Source: Deltaproteobacteria bacterium
GTDB lineage: Bacteria; Myxococcota_A; UBA9160; JAJDAL01
Reading direction: 5' to 3'
Assembly (NCBI GenBank): GCA_029261875.1
Contig: JAJDAL010000059.1
Coordinates: 4,115 to 68,114, forward strand
DNA length: 64,000 bases
Both the position numbers and the translations under genes were made by a program. This document shows, one piece after another, positions 10,272-20,393 of the stretch. Position 1 is the first letter of the stretch; each line of letters opens with the position of its first letter. The notes beneath the pieces are model-generated. The model was not told the origin of the DNA, made no database searches, and saw nothing but the letters and a program-made list of their open reading frames with translations.

Positions 10272-11087
10272 CTACGCCTTGCCCCGAAAGCGGCGCACGC
10301 CGGCAAGACCCAGGAACGCACTCGCGAGCAACAACCATTCGCCCGGCTCCGGAACGAACGTGCGGCTCGTCTCGTTGCCGATCCATGTGTTGTAGGTGGT
10401 CGCTTGCGCGTCCATATTGGCCAGAATGTCGTCGGTGACATCCCCCGGCGTAAGGTTGTCGCCGGCAAACATCGTGGCGCGTCCCGCCGGTCCATCGGTG
10501 ATGCCCCAAAGCGGCAGCGGCTCGGTTTCCGGCACGTTCGGCTCACAGCGCGGCCAGCCACCGGGAGGCGCTGCGAGCGAGCAGATCACGGCATTGCCGA
10601 AACAATCCGTGCAACCGGACGTCTGGGATTGGAAGGGAAGCGTTTCATCCCAGGTGACGACGTTGCCCGACAGGGTCCCGATGCTCTTGCGGGCATCCTG
10701 GCTTGTGAGGTCGGAATGCGTCGTCGCGGCACCGTTGATGGCGAAGACCTGGAATTCGTGCCGCGTGAAGAAATTCGTCACCTCCACGGGCCCATCGATG
10801 ATCTCCTGGGTATTGAGATCGGCGGTGTACTCGACGGTTACGGTCTGGGGGGAATCGGTGAGGACCGCTGCATCTTCGGTCTGATCATCCGCCACGCAGA
10901 TGTGAATCGTCTGATTCCCCAGTCCGAGGGGCGTGTCCGCGATGGTCTGGATGAAATCTCCGCCGTCGTCGCAATTCAAGCTGTATTCGATCACGACTTT
11001 GGGCGGATCCAGGGCCCGGGCGCGCTCCGCGCTCCCCATGGCGACCACGGTTAGAATCGCGATCCACGAGAGTTCCGATTTACGCAC
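10272..11087 (-). CDS. PEP-CTERM secreted protein, paralog 2
   Basis: AAGGAGG RBS; ARA|LDPPKVV; FVPEPGEWLLLASAFLGLAGVRRFR. Confidence 0.87.
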   Translation of the reverse strand: MRKSELSWIAILTVVAMGSAERARALDPPKVVIEYSLNCDDGGDFIQTIADTPLGLGNQTIHICVADDQTEDAAVLTDSPQTVTVEYTADLNTQEIIDGPVEVTNFFTRHEFQVFAINGAATTHSDLTSQDARKSIGTLSGNVVTWDETLPFQSQTSGCTDCFGNAVICSLAAPPGGWPRCEPNVPETEPLPLWGITDGPAGRATMFAGDNLTPGDVTDDILANMDAQATTYNTWIGNETSRTFVPEPGEWLLLASAFLGLAGVRRFRGKA

Positions 11088-11102
11088 CGACAGCTCCTCC
11101 TT

Positions 11103-11912
11103 CTAGACCTGGCGTCGACGAACCGCCCCCACACCGAACAGCGCGCCGAATCCCGCGGCCAGCAACGCGATCTCTCCGGGCTCGGGAACGAATACCCGGC
11201 TCGTCTCCACGCCGTGCCACGTATTGTAGACCGTGGCCTGGGAGTCCATGTTGGTCAAAATGTCGTCCGTGACATCACCGGGCGTCAGATTGTCGGCCAG
11301 AAACTCCTCGGCGCGGTTGGTTCCGTTCGTCACCGTGGTGAGGGGAATCGGGCGATCCTTCGGAAGTCCGTCTTCGACTCGCGGCCAGCCACCCGGAGGG
11401 GCTGCGAGTGAGCAGATGACCGCGTTTCCTGCACAATCGGTCTGCCCGGTCGTCATCGATTGGTAGGCGTTGGCCCCCTGATCCCAGGTGATCAGCGTGC
11501 CCGCCAAGGTGCCGGCGCTCTCCCGGTGCAGGGACACCACCAGATCACTCAAGGTCGTCGAAGCGCCATTGATGGCAAAAACCTGAAAGGAATGGGCGAA
11601 ATCCGTCGTGATCATCTCGACCGGACCGTCCACGATGGCCTGGGTGTTGGGATCCGCGGTGTACTCGATCTCGACCACGTGGTCGTTGGTGAGAACATTG
11701 GCATCGTCGGAGCCGTCGTCTCCGACGCAGATCCGAAACGCCTGGTTGCCGAGTCCCAGCGGGGTGTCGGTAATGGTCTGGACCAATTTCCCGCCGTCTT
11801 CACAATCCATGCTGTAGGTAACGACGACTTTGGGGGGCTCGAGTGCCTGTGCCCCGGAGGCCAACAGCAGCACCGAAAACGCGGCGAAGAATCGGGGAAA
11901 TCTCGAAGACAC
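11103..11912 (-). CDS. PEP-CTERM secreted protein, paralog 1
   Basis: GGAGG RBS; AQA|LEPPKVV; FVPEPGEIALLAAGFGALFGVGAVRRR. Confidence 0.87.
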   Translation of the reverse strand: MSSRFPRFFAAFSVLLLASGAQALEPPKVVVTYSMDCEDGGKLVQTITDTPLGLGNQAFRICVGDDGSDDANVLTNDHVVEIEYTADPNTQAIVDGPVEMITTDFAHSFQVFAINGASTTLSDLVVSLHRESAGTLAGTLITWDQGANAYQSMTTGQTDCAGNAVICSLAAPPGGWPRVEDGLPKDRPIPLTTVTNGTNRAEEFLADNLTPGDVTDDILTNMDSQATVYNTWHGVETSRVFVPEPGEIALLAAGFGALFGVGAVRRRQV

Positions 11913-12140
11913 GGTGGATAGCCTCCCACGGGCGTAATGCGTCAGCGAGTTTAGGAATCAGGGACCTGGGGGCGGGCCCTGGGTTCGGGATTGGACGAAA
12001 ACAACGGCGCCGTGACGCAACTCAGCAGCAGTTTTCCCGAGGGTCGATTGTCCCACTCCCGGGTCCCCGAAGTCAATCGCAACATGAGCCAGATCCGCGA
12101 AATCCCAAGGGAAATCTAACCTTCCCGGGCTCGATTTGGA

Positions 12141-12170
12141 TTGACAAAGACGTGCAACATCGCCCACGAT
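12141..12170 (+). promoter_or_regulatory. Putative sigma70 promoter for the DUF1302-type gene
   Basis: Perfect TTGACA at 12141, then CACGAT after an 18-nt spacer. Confidence 0.4.
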
Positions 12171-12260
12171 ACGTGCACTTCAGCAGACTTGGATCGGGGT
12201 GTTGCGACGCGGTGAAGATGCTTTTTTGGCATCTTCATTTCTGGGGACGCGGACGCAGCC

Positions 12261-15200
12261 GTGGACCGAGAATCGGGGGCGTTCGACGCGCTCCCCGATT
12301 CACGGTTCCGAGAATGCGTCCCCATCGGAGGGGATGTGGGAATCGAAGCTCGAGTGGACCCGACCCGAGTCGTTGCGCGCGGATGTGCAACTCTGCTCGG
12401 TCTGCTGGTCGCCTGGTCGCTCATTCCTCTGCACGCGAACGCCTTCGAATTCTTCGACGGCAAGATTCAAGTTCACGGTTTCTACGAGATGCAGATCCGC
12501 AGCCTGAGTGCGGATTACAGCGACGACTGGGATCTCGCCCAGTGGTACCACGTGCTGAACATCGAGACCGAGATGGACGTGCTCGAAGAGGTCGGGCCCT
12601 TCAATCTCGTTCAAGCGTTTCTGCGCGCGGAAGTTCGCTTCGACTGCATTTACTCCCTGGGCTGTTCGATGTTCCCGAGCGTGAACACCTACGGCGACCG
12701 GGCGGACCGCTTGCCCGAGCGACTGAGTAATTCCACGGACGTCGATGGCGCGGGAACCTTTCCCGTCTATACCGACGGAAAGATCGATTTCACCGACAAG
12801 CCGCGCAGACCCCACGGGATCTTCGAACTCGCGGGGCTGCGCACGTTGCAGGAACAATCCAAAGGCGCCGACGCGTTTTCCGGTCGACCCGAGGAGTCCG
12901 CCGATTGCATCGCGCGCTACGGCGCCAATGCGTGTTCCTACATCGCCGGGGGCGCCAACAGCCCGGTCACCACCCTGGACGACCCCTTGCCTCCGCTGTT
13001 CGACCGCTTCGCAGATTGGCGCTTTACCCAGACCCGGGAGCGCGGCGGATCGAATTACGGTCGCGCGATTCTCCCCATGGGTCCGTGGCTTCCCAAGAAC
13101 CACATCGAACCCATCGCCCTGTTCGCCGATATCGCGAACCCCCTCGACAATTCGAAAACCACCCCGCAGCTCGTCGCCAATACGTACAACGGCGAGCTCA
13201 TCGCCAACGGCTACAACGCCTACATCAAAGGTCCGCCACAACGGGCCGTCGGATTCATCCCGCAATCGCGAATCGATACCAATGTCGCCACCGCAGTGGG
13301 GCGCATCGTGGGCGTTACCTACGACGGCGCCCGACCCTTTCGCCCCATTCCCGTTGCCGAGGAAGGAGCATCGGGGGTTGGCGACGAAGTCGCGCGCGGC
13401 CTCTATCTACCCGCGGCCCCCCTGCGCAAACTGATTCGCAGCAACGACCTGACCGATCTCCCCTTCAACTACAGCGAATCGGACCGCGCCTGGAACCGAG
13501 GTCAGAGCCAACAACAGACCAAAGAACTCAAAGAGTTCTATTTCGACATCGAGATGATGGACGGCGACTTGTGGCTGCGTCTCGGTCGCCAAGCGATCGT
13601 CTGGGGCAAGACCGAGCTGTTCAGTCCCACGGACCAATTCAATCCCCAGGACCTCGCCCTTTCCAATCTCCCGAGTCTCGAAGAGACCCGCATCCCGCTT
13701 TGGTCCCTGCGCTCTACCTACTCCTTCTACGAAGTGGGCGAGCTATCGGACGTGCGACTCGAAATGGGTTTGATCTTCGACGCCTTTCAACCCGCCGACC
13801 TCGGCGCCTGTGGCGAGCCCTTTACGCCGGATCCCGTATGCGCGGCGTCCTTCGGTTCCGTGTTCCACGGCATCACGGGCCTGGGTGTCGCGGGATTCGA
13901 ATATCCCGAGCAGCCCTGGGATTCCCTGTCGGGTCTCCAGGGAGGCGCGCGTCTCGAGTTCCGTTGGGGTCGCTACACCTTCGCGATTTCGGATTTCTAC
14001 GGTTTCGACGACTTCCCGCACCCGCACCGCTTCGCCACCTTCGAGCGCAACGTAGACCCCAATACGGGGCTACCGCGCATCATGGATGCCCGCGGACCGT
14101 GCAATACCGCAGACCGTTCGAATCCCGCGTGCCTACAGCCGGGTCCGACGGACCGATCCGGCGCGGATTCCAACGCTGCCTTGGCCTTCACACCCAACAA
14201 CGCCTTGGACTTTCACCATTCCAACCAGACTATTTTCGCATTTGCGTGCGCGACGACAGTCGGTATCGCACGCGGCAACGCGCCATCGGCCTGTGGTCTC
14301 AACGCCTTCAACGCCCAGTCCCCTCCCCGCGGCAACTCGTTCACCGTGGCTCAGATCGTGGGGGCGACCCTGGCGGGGTCCATCAGCTCTTCCTCCGTTG
14401 GGCTCTTCGCTGTCGCAGACGAACTTGAACTCGACACGAATACCTTCAACCTCAACGCCATCCTTGGGCACTACACGCCTGTCGTCACATTGAGTCGCGA
14501 TCCCATGGATCTTTCGAATCACCTGATCACGGGCACCGATTCCGGCTGTACGGACCGGCTCTACTACGACAACCCGTTGATCTCCACGGGTACAATCAAT
14601 ACCGAGCGGCTATTGCAAGGTATCCCCACCTGCGGCGGCGACGGCCACACGCTGTTCGACCTTCAGCCGGGATTCAACCCGCCCGGCGGCCCGGGCGAAC
14701 TCTCGCTGAGCGAAACGCTGACGCCGGAACAGGAAGCGCTTCTCGGTTGTGGTCCTTTTTACGGCGTCAATTGTGACGTTTCGGGAATTGATCTCCTCAA
14801 CGCCGAAGGCAGCGTATTCGTTCAATCGTGGCCGGGCATCGAGGGAACGTACGAAGGCTGGCGAACCGATGATGCAACCGTGGCCCAGCCGGGCACCATT
14901 GGTTTCTTCGGTCCGCCGCGCTGCACGACCGGCCACATCGGCGGCCCCCAAGACCCCGCAGTCATGCTGCCCGGTTGCCGTGGCCCCGGCGACATCGGCT
15001 ACGACATCAACGTCGACGGAGATCCCACGGGGTTGGTCACCGCCTTCGATCTCACTTCTTTGGGGATGCAGAACGCTGGCGTCTCGGGACATCCCTTCAC
15101 AGGACAGGCCTGGCAGAATGAACTGGCAGCGTTCTCCTGGAACTTCCTGGTGCTGGTCGTCAATGGCAGCGACAACTTCAATCCTGCCGAGGCGTATACC

Positions 15201-15962
15201 GCCGGCGTATGCAGCTTCATCACGCCCCAGTTCTGCAACTCCGTGCAGGGCATCTTCAGTTTGATCGCCGTCAAGCGAAACGACGTGCGCGCGGGCGGGA
15301 GTCGGGATTTCGGCCGGCGGGATTTCATTTGGCACAGTGGTGGTGCGATTACGCTCAATTACGAAAAGCGCAACGCGCTCGGTTTCGCGATGGACTTCGC
15401 CGAGGACACCACGAAATCGAATTGGGGGATCGAATTCACCTGGCTCAACGGCGTACCGGTGATCGACAACAACTCGCGGTCGAACATCTCGAAGGTGGAT
15501 GAGTTCAACCTCACGGTCTCCGTGGATCGGCCCACGTTCATCAACTTCCTCAGCCCGAATCGCGCGTTCTTCATCAACAGCCAGTGGTTCTTCCAATACC
15601 GCACCGGCTACAACAGCGGTTGGTGGAACAACGGGCCCTGGAACGTGCTCGGGACCCTCACCATCGTGGGCGGGTATTTCCAGGACCGTTTGTTTCCGAT
15701 TTGGACCCTGGTCTACGACGTGGGCTCGGGTTCCGGCGCATCGCTCATGACGGTTCGTTTCTCCATCAACGCGAACTTCTCGATGACCTTCGGTTCCTCG
15801 ATGTTCTTCGGCCGCCAGCAATTGGTGGATGTCCCGGTCAACGAGATCCGGCCGGGCGCAAACCGCGCGGGTTCCCATCCTTACAAAGACGCGGTCTCGA
15901 ACGGACTCGCGGTGATCCGCGATCGAGACGAGTTCTTCGCGCGGATCCGATACACCTTCTAG
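12261..15962 (+). CDS. Large DUF1302-type outer-membrane beta-barrel protein with Cys-rich insertions (start uncertain)
   Basis: Signal ending ANA|FEFFDG; LKEFYFD..LRLGRQAIVWGKT..DQFNPQD motif; C-terminal ARIRYTF beta-signal. Confidence 0.75.
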   Translation: MDRESGAFDALPDSRFRECVPIGGDVGIEARVDPTRVVARGCATLLGLLVAWSLIPLHANAFEFFDGKIQVHGFYEMQIRSLSADYSDDWDLAQWYHVLNIETEMDVLEEVGPFNLVQAFLRAEVRFDCIYSLGCSMFPSVNTYGDRADRLPERLSNSTDVDGAGTFPVYTDGKIDFTDKPRRPHGIFELAGLRTLQEQSKGADAFSGRPEESADCIARYGANACSYIAGGANSPVTTLDDPLPPLFDRFADWRFTQTRERGGSNYGRAILPMGPWLPKNHIEPIALFADIANPLDNSKTTPQLVANTYNGELIANGYNAYIKGPPQRAVGFIPQSRIDTNVATAVGRIVGVTYDGARPFRPIPVAEEGASGVGDEVARGLYLPAAPLRKLIRSNDLTDLPFNYSESDRAWNRGQSQQQTKELKEFYFDIEMMDGDLWLRLGRQAIVWGKTELFSPTDQFNPQDLALSNLPSLEETRIPLWSLRSTYSFYEVGELSDVRLEMGLIFDAFQPADLGACGEPFTPDPVCAASFGSVFHGITGLGVAGFEYPEQPWDSLSGLQGGARLEFRWGRYTFAISDFYGFDDFPHPHRFATFERNVDPNTGLPRIMDARGPCNTADRSNPACLQPGPTDRSGADSNAALAFTPNNALDFHHSNQTIFAFACATTVGIARGNAPSACGLNAFNAQSPPRGNSFTVAQIVGATLAGSISSSSVGLFAVADELELDTNTFNLNAILGHYTPVVTLSRDPMDLSNHLITGTDSGCTDRLYYDNPLISTGTINTERLLQGIPTCGGDGHTLFDLQPGFNPPGGPGELSLSETLTPEQEALLGCGPFYGVNCDVSGIDLLNAEGSVFVQSWPGIEGTYEGWRTDDATVAQPGTIGFFGPPRCTTGHIGGPQDPAVMLPGCRGPGDIGYDINVDGDPTGLVTAFDLTSLGMQNAGVSGHPFTGQAWQNELAAFSWNFLVLVVNGSDNFNPAEAYTAGVCSFITPQFCNSVQGIFSLIAVKRNDVRAGGSRDFGRRDFIWHSGGAITLNYEKRNALGFAMDFAEDTTKSNWGIEFTWLNGVPVIDNNSRSNISKVDEFNLTVSVDRPTFINFLSPNRAFFINSQWFFQYRTGYNSGWWNNGPWNVLGTLTIVGGYFQDRLFPIWTLVYDVGSGSGASLMTVRFSINANFSMTFGSSMFFGRQQLVDVPVNEIRPGANRAGSHPYKDAVSNGLAVIRDRDEFFARIRYTF

Positions 15963-15966
15963 GGCG

Positions 15967-17640
15967 TTACGGGGCTCCCGGGCCCCTCACCGCCGACTCC
16001 ACCTGCTCGAGCGTGCGGGCGTAGACGGAGTTGCCGGGCTCCAACGCGACGGCTTTGCGTAGGCGCACGAGGGCTTCTTCCCAATTTCGATCGTCCAGGG
16101 CGATCACCCCCAGACCGAATTGAATCTGCCCGTGTTCGGGAAAGCCCAAGACTGCACGTTCCAGGTAGGGCCGGGCCGCCGCGTAATCCCGCTCCCGCAT
16201 GAAGTAGATGCCGAGTTGCGCCGCCACCAGGGGCACGCCGGGCGCGATGCCTTCGGCCTCGCGAAAATACGCGAGGGCATCCGAATCGCGCCCATCCCCC
16301 AAAGCCAGCATCCCGAGAAAGACCGACGCACGGTAATTGTGCGGCACCACCCGATGGGCGTGGGTCCATAGCGTCTCGCTGTTGTGCCAGGTCTCGACTT
16401 GGCGCCGCGCCAAACTCGCGAGCGGAACCAGCGTCGCACACGCCACGGCAACGGCGATTGCCGGTGCGAATCGCGACCCCCGCTGCTGCAACGCCCGCAC
16501 ACCCGCCGCCGCCAACCACACGACGGCCAGAACCGGGCCGATGAGGGGGAGATAGGTGTAACGATCCGCCGCCGCCTGGGCGCCGACGCGCACGACGCCC
16601 GAGACCGGAAACAACAAGACGAGGTACCACGCGAGGCCGACCCACAGCGCGGGGTGCCGACGGCGCAGTGCGTAGGCGACCCCCGCGATTCCCAGGAGAG
16701 ACAGCGTCGACACGACGGTTCGACTGCCCCATTCCGCGGCCCCGTAGACGAGCGTCGGGTAGGGGTAGAAGGCCGCGAGGTCCGTCGGCAGGAGGGTTTT
16801 CTGCAGATAGAATGCCGCGGCCATGATCGATGTGGCCAGACGCGCGCCCAGCGAAACCTGATCGAGACTCGGCGCGGCGTCCGCGCGCAACTGCGCGGCG
16901 AACGCGACCGCGGCAACCGCGATGCAGAGGGCGAGCAGTGGCAGTTTCTCGAGCGCGAGCGTCTTCCAAGCATGGGATCGATGCCGTTCCAGCGGCCAGA
17001 CATCGAGACACAACAAGAGCAGCGGGACGCTCACCAAGATGGGCTTTGCGAGCAGTCCCGCGAGCAGCGCAACACACACGCCGAAATACGCCGCGCGGGT
17101 CGGCTGCTCCGCGTAGCGGGTATAGGCGATCAGCGTCAAGAAGAAGAACGAACCCGCCAGCAGACCTTTGCGTTCGGATACCCAGGCGACCGATTCGGCG
17201 CGCAGTGGATGGAGGGCAAACAAGAGCGTCGTGAACGCGCAAATCGCCAACAGGGATCCATCGCTCCACGCTTGCGTTCGCCTCGCGCGTTTCCCCCGAA
17301 GCAAGCCGAACAACGCCGTGAACGCGAGCGCGGCATTGGTGGCGTGCACGATCAAGTTGGTGCGGTGATGCGCGCCCGCCGCGCGACCCCAAAACTCCAC
17401 ATCGGCCATGTGGGAGAGCCAGGTCAGGGGATGCCAATTCCCGATGTGGAGCTGCGTGAAGGCCCAGCGCGTGCCCTCCCAGGTGATTCCCGCGAGGACC
17501 TGCGGATTCTGAGTCACATAGGCGGCGTCGTCCCAGAACGGGAGAAACTCGAAACCCGTGGTGGATCGGAACGCGATCAGCACCGAGAAGAACAGCGCGG
17601 TGGCGATCCACCGGGGGGCGCGCGTTTTGCTCGCGGTCAT
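15967..17640 (-). CDS. TMTC-like GT-C glycosyltransferase with C-terminal TPRs
   Basis: WDDAAYVTQN, NWHPLTWLSH, FALHPLRAESVAWVSERK and ADRYTYLP motifs; many TM segments; TPR tail. Confidence 0.85.
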   Translation of the reverse strand: MTASKTRAPRWIATALFFSVLIAFRSTTGFEFLPFWDDAAYVTQNPQVLAGITWEGTRWAFTQLHIGNWHPLTWLSHMADVEFWGRAAGAHHRTNLIVHATNAALAFTALFGLLRGKRARRTQAWSDGSLLAICAFTTLLFALHPLRAESVAWVSERKGLLAGSFFFLTLIAYTRYAEQPTRAAYFGVCVALLAGLLAKPILVSVPLLLLCLDVWPLERHRSHAWKTLALEKLPLLALCIAVAAVAFAAQLRADAAPSLDQVSLGARLATSIMAAAFYLQKTLLPTDLAAFYPYPTLVYGAAEWGSRTVVSTLSLLGIAGVAYALRRRHPALWVGLAWYLVLLFPVSGVVRVGAQAAADRYTYLPLIGPVLAVVWLAAAGVRALQQRGSRFAPAIAVAVACATLVPLASLARRQVETWHNSETLWTHAHRVVPHNYRASVFLGMLALGDGRDSDALAYFREAEGIAPGVPLVAAQLGIYFMRERDYAAARPYLERAVLGFPEHGQIQFGLGVIALDDRNWEEALVRLRKAVALEPGNSVYARTLEQVESAVRGPGAP

Positions 17641-17725
17641 CGCAGCACTAGTTAGCGCATCGCTCGGGCGAGGCCGTAGAAAAATGCTCGCAGTCGCTGC
17701 GGTGCGGGTCTGTTACTCTGATGCC

Positions 17726-20302
17726 GTGTCGAAGCGCGGACGGCTGGGGGGACGCACGCGCGCAATCGCGGGATTCGTCCTGGTGTCGATTGCGATCGCG
17801 TTGCTGTGGAACACCTGCGGGCAATGGCGCGCGGAGCGTTCCTTTCTCGATCCCTTCGCCGCCGGCACCTGGATCGTCTTCCCCTGGGCACCGCGCGCAT
17901 CCAATCACGTCGTGCTCCCACTCGTTACGGAGTTCCGCCAGCGCTTCGCCATCGAAGACGTTCCCGAGCGCGCCCAGCTCGACTTGCGCGCGTTGGGCAC
18001 GGCGGAGATTCACATCAACGGCCAGCGCTATTCGCCGCCCGAAATCACCCAGCGACACCGCAACCCCAAACACGCCACCGAGCGAATCCAGCTCGACATT
18101 GCCAGCCGCCTGGTGGTGGGAGAGAACGTGCTGACGTTTCGGGTCGAGCGCAGTCGAGGCCCCGCCGCCATTGCGTTTTCCCTGCGCGGCCCCGGTCTCG
18201 AGGTCGAATCCGGGGAAAGCGCTGAGGTTTCGCTGGCGGGATCGGCGCACGTCGCCGCGCGTGCAGCCAACCTGCGCCCGGTGATCGATCCACGCCTACT
18301 GGACGAGCGCGCTCGCCACACCCCCGACGCGTTGCGCGCCAACGCGATCCCGCTGTTCGTCATGGCGCTTGGATCCGCAGCCTTGGCAGCGCTATTGCTG
18401 CGCAACCGCGACGCCGCGCCGGCCGCACTGCGGATCGGTTTTCTGCTGGTCGCCGGTGCCTGGGTGGCGCTGTTCTTCCACAACCACGATTCCCTCCCGC
18501 GCGACGTCGGTTTCGACGCCGCGCACCATTGGGATTACGTGACCTACGTGGCGGAGCGCGGATCGCTTCCCCTGGCGACCGAGGGCTACCAGATGTACCA
18601 GCCCCCGCTCTACTACGCGCTTTCCGCCACCGCGCTGACCGCGTTCGGCATCGACCCGGGACTCGCCCAGGCGGATTTCGCCATGCGGATCGTGTCCGTG
18701 GTGCTCGGCATTCTGCAGGTCGGCTTGGTATTCGCGTTCGCGCGCGCCTTCGTACCGCAATCGATGTCCGGCAGTACCGCGACGCTGTTGTTCGCGGGCT
18801 TCCTTCCGGCCCAGTTGTATCTATTCCAGTTCGTCACCAACGAGTCGATGGCCGCGGTCGTATCGGCCCTGGCCCTGCTGCTCACCGTGCGGATGTGCGG
18901 CGAGGCCGCCCCTCCCCTGCGCGCCTACCTGGCGTTGGGCTGCGCGCTCGGAATCGCGCTGCTCACCAAAGTCTCCACCCTGGTCCTGCTGCCGACCTGC
19001 TTTATCGCCCTTGCCCTGCACGAATGGAACGCGCGCTCGCGTGCCCTGCCCGCCATCGCCCTGCGCCTCGGCGTGTGCCTGGTGGCGATCGCGGCGGTAT
19101 CGGGCTGGCATTATCTGCGGGTCTATCGCGCGTTCGGCGATCCCTTCGTCGGAAATTGGGATGCCATCTCGGGCTTCGGCGTTTGGCAGGACCCCGGCTA
19201 TCGGGTGTTGGGCGATTACTTCCGGTTCGGCGGTGCGCTCCTCGAGCCCTTTTACGCATCGTTTCGAAGCATCCCCGATGGAATCTACTCGACCCTGTTC
19301 GGTGACGGACTCGGCGGCGGCGCCACCAACCTGCGCGCAGGCGCCCCCTGGCGTTACGGGCCCATGTCGGCCCACTACCTGCTCTCGATCGGACCCCTTT
19401 GCGGGGTCGCCATCGGGGGCTGGGTCGCGGTTCGTCGATTGTTTCGGGAGATCACGAGCCACGGTGCCCTGCTGGTCGTGCTCCCGGCCTTGCTCGCCCT
19501 GGGACTCGTCTACATCACCCTGGTCGCTCCGACATATGGGGCCGTGAAAGCCTTCTACCTGCTTCCCGCCATGGCGTGCTTCACCGCGCTGTTTGCCCTG
19601 GGCTATGCAGCCGTCGAACGGCGCAGCCGACTTCGCGCCATCGCGCTCGCGTGGATGTTGCTGTGGGCCGCCAACGGCTTCTACTCGTTCTGGGTCGACG
19701 TGGACTCGCCGGAAACCCTGTTCCGCGCCGGTGCACGCCAATACGCCCAGCGCGAGATCGAGACCGCGGCCAGCTTCTACCGGAACGCGCTCGAAATCGA
19801 CCCCAATCGCCATTTGATTCGGGCCGAATTGTGCCGCGTCTACTACGAGCTGGGGGAAATCGAACAGGCGAAGCGCGAATGCGCCTACGTGCTCGAGCGC
19901 GACGCGGACCAGGTCGAGGCGCTCCTGGTCGATGGCGCCGCCCACTTCTCCCAGGGCCAGCTCGATGCCGCTGACGCCGCCTTCGCGCGCGTCGCGGCGC
20001 TGGTTCCGCGCGATGAACGGGGGCTTCTCGGCCTCGTCCTCGTGGCGACGAAACGGGGCGACAGTCGCGCGCTGACCGAACGGATTCGCGAACACCTGCG
20101 CGTCAACCCCTGGGTACCCGACGAACGCGTGCTGCTGGTCGAGCACCTGATTCGTTTGGGCGACCAGGCACAAGCCACGGAGCAACTTCAGTACCTGCGC
20201 CACATGGCTCCGCGCGATCCGCGTGTCGACCGCTTGCGCGAACAATTGGCGCGCGCCTTCTCCTATCCACGCCCCGCCGAGGCGGAAGCGACCGGTCCCT
20301 AG
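17726..20302 (+). CDS. GT-C (ArnT/PMT-like) membrane glycosyltransferase with an N-terminal beta-sandwich domain and C-terminal TPRs
   Basis: FDAAHHWDYV..YQPPLYY loop, VTNE, LLTK, multiple TMs and TPRs. Start GTG 17726 is supported by TACTCT 6 nt upstream. Confidence 0.75.
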   Translation: MSKRGRLGGRTRAIAGFVLVSIAIALLWNTCGQWRAERSFLDPFAAGTWIVFPWAPRASNHVVLPLVTEFRQRFAIEDVPERAQLDLRALGTAEIHINGQRYSPPEITQRHRNPKHATERIQLDIASRLVVGENVLTFRVERSRGPAAIAFSLRGPGLEVESGESAEVSLAGSAHVAARAANLRPVIDPRLLDERARHTPDALRANAIPLFVMALGSAALAALLLRNRDAAPAALRIGFLLVAGAWVALFFHNHDSLPRDVGFDAAHHWDYVTYVAERGSLPLATEGYQMYQPPLYYALSATALTAFGIDPGLAQADFAMRIVSVVLGILQVGLVFAFARAFVPQSMSGSTATLLFAGFLPAQLYLFQFVTNESMAAVVSALALLLTVRMCGEAAPPLRAYLALGCALGIALLTKVSTLVLLPTCFIALALHEWNARSRALPAIALRLGVCLVAIAAVSGWHYLRVYRAFGDPFVGNWDAISGFGVWQDPGYRVLGDYFRFGGALLEPFYASFRSIPDGIYSTLFGDGLGGGATNLRAGAPWRYGPMSAHYLLSIGPLCGVAIGGWVAVRRLFREITSHGALLVVLPALLALGLVYITLVAPTYGAVKAFYLLPAMACFTALFALGYAAVERRSRLRAIALAWMLLWAANGFYSFWVDVDSPETLFRAGARQYAQREIETAASFYRNALEIDPNRHLIRAELCRVYYELGEIEQAKRECAYVLERDADQVEALLVDGAAHFSQGQLDAADAAFARVAALVPRDERGLLGLVLVATKRGDSRALTERIREHLRVNPWVPDERVLLVEHLIRLGDQAQATEQLQYLRHMAPRDPRVDRLREQLARAFSYPRPAEAEATGP

Positions 20303-20393
20303 GCATCGTTTTCACTCGTGATTTACGCAATCTCGGGCAACGCCACGCGGGCTTTGCGCCCGATTTTTTCCGATTTTGTTCTAGCATGCGTCC

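Noticed and set aside
8570-11912. Recurrent DNA blocks suggesting CRISPR or DGR repeats
   Set aside because: They are codon-level similarity between paralogous genes, with no spacers, cas genes or reverse transcriptase.
12078-12092. Sigma54 promoter for the PEP-CTERM array (TGGCTCATGTTGC)
   Set aside because: The GG-GC spacing is 8 nt, not the required 10.
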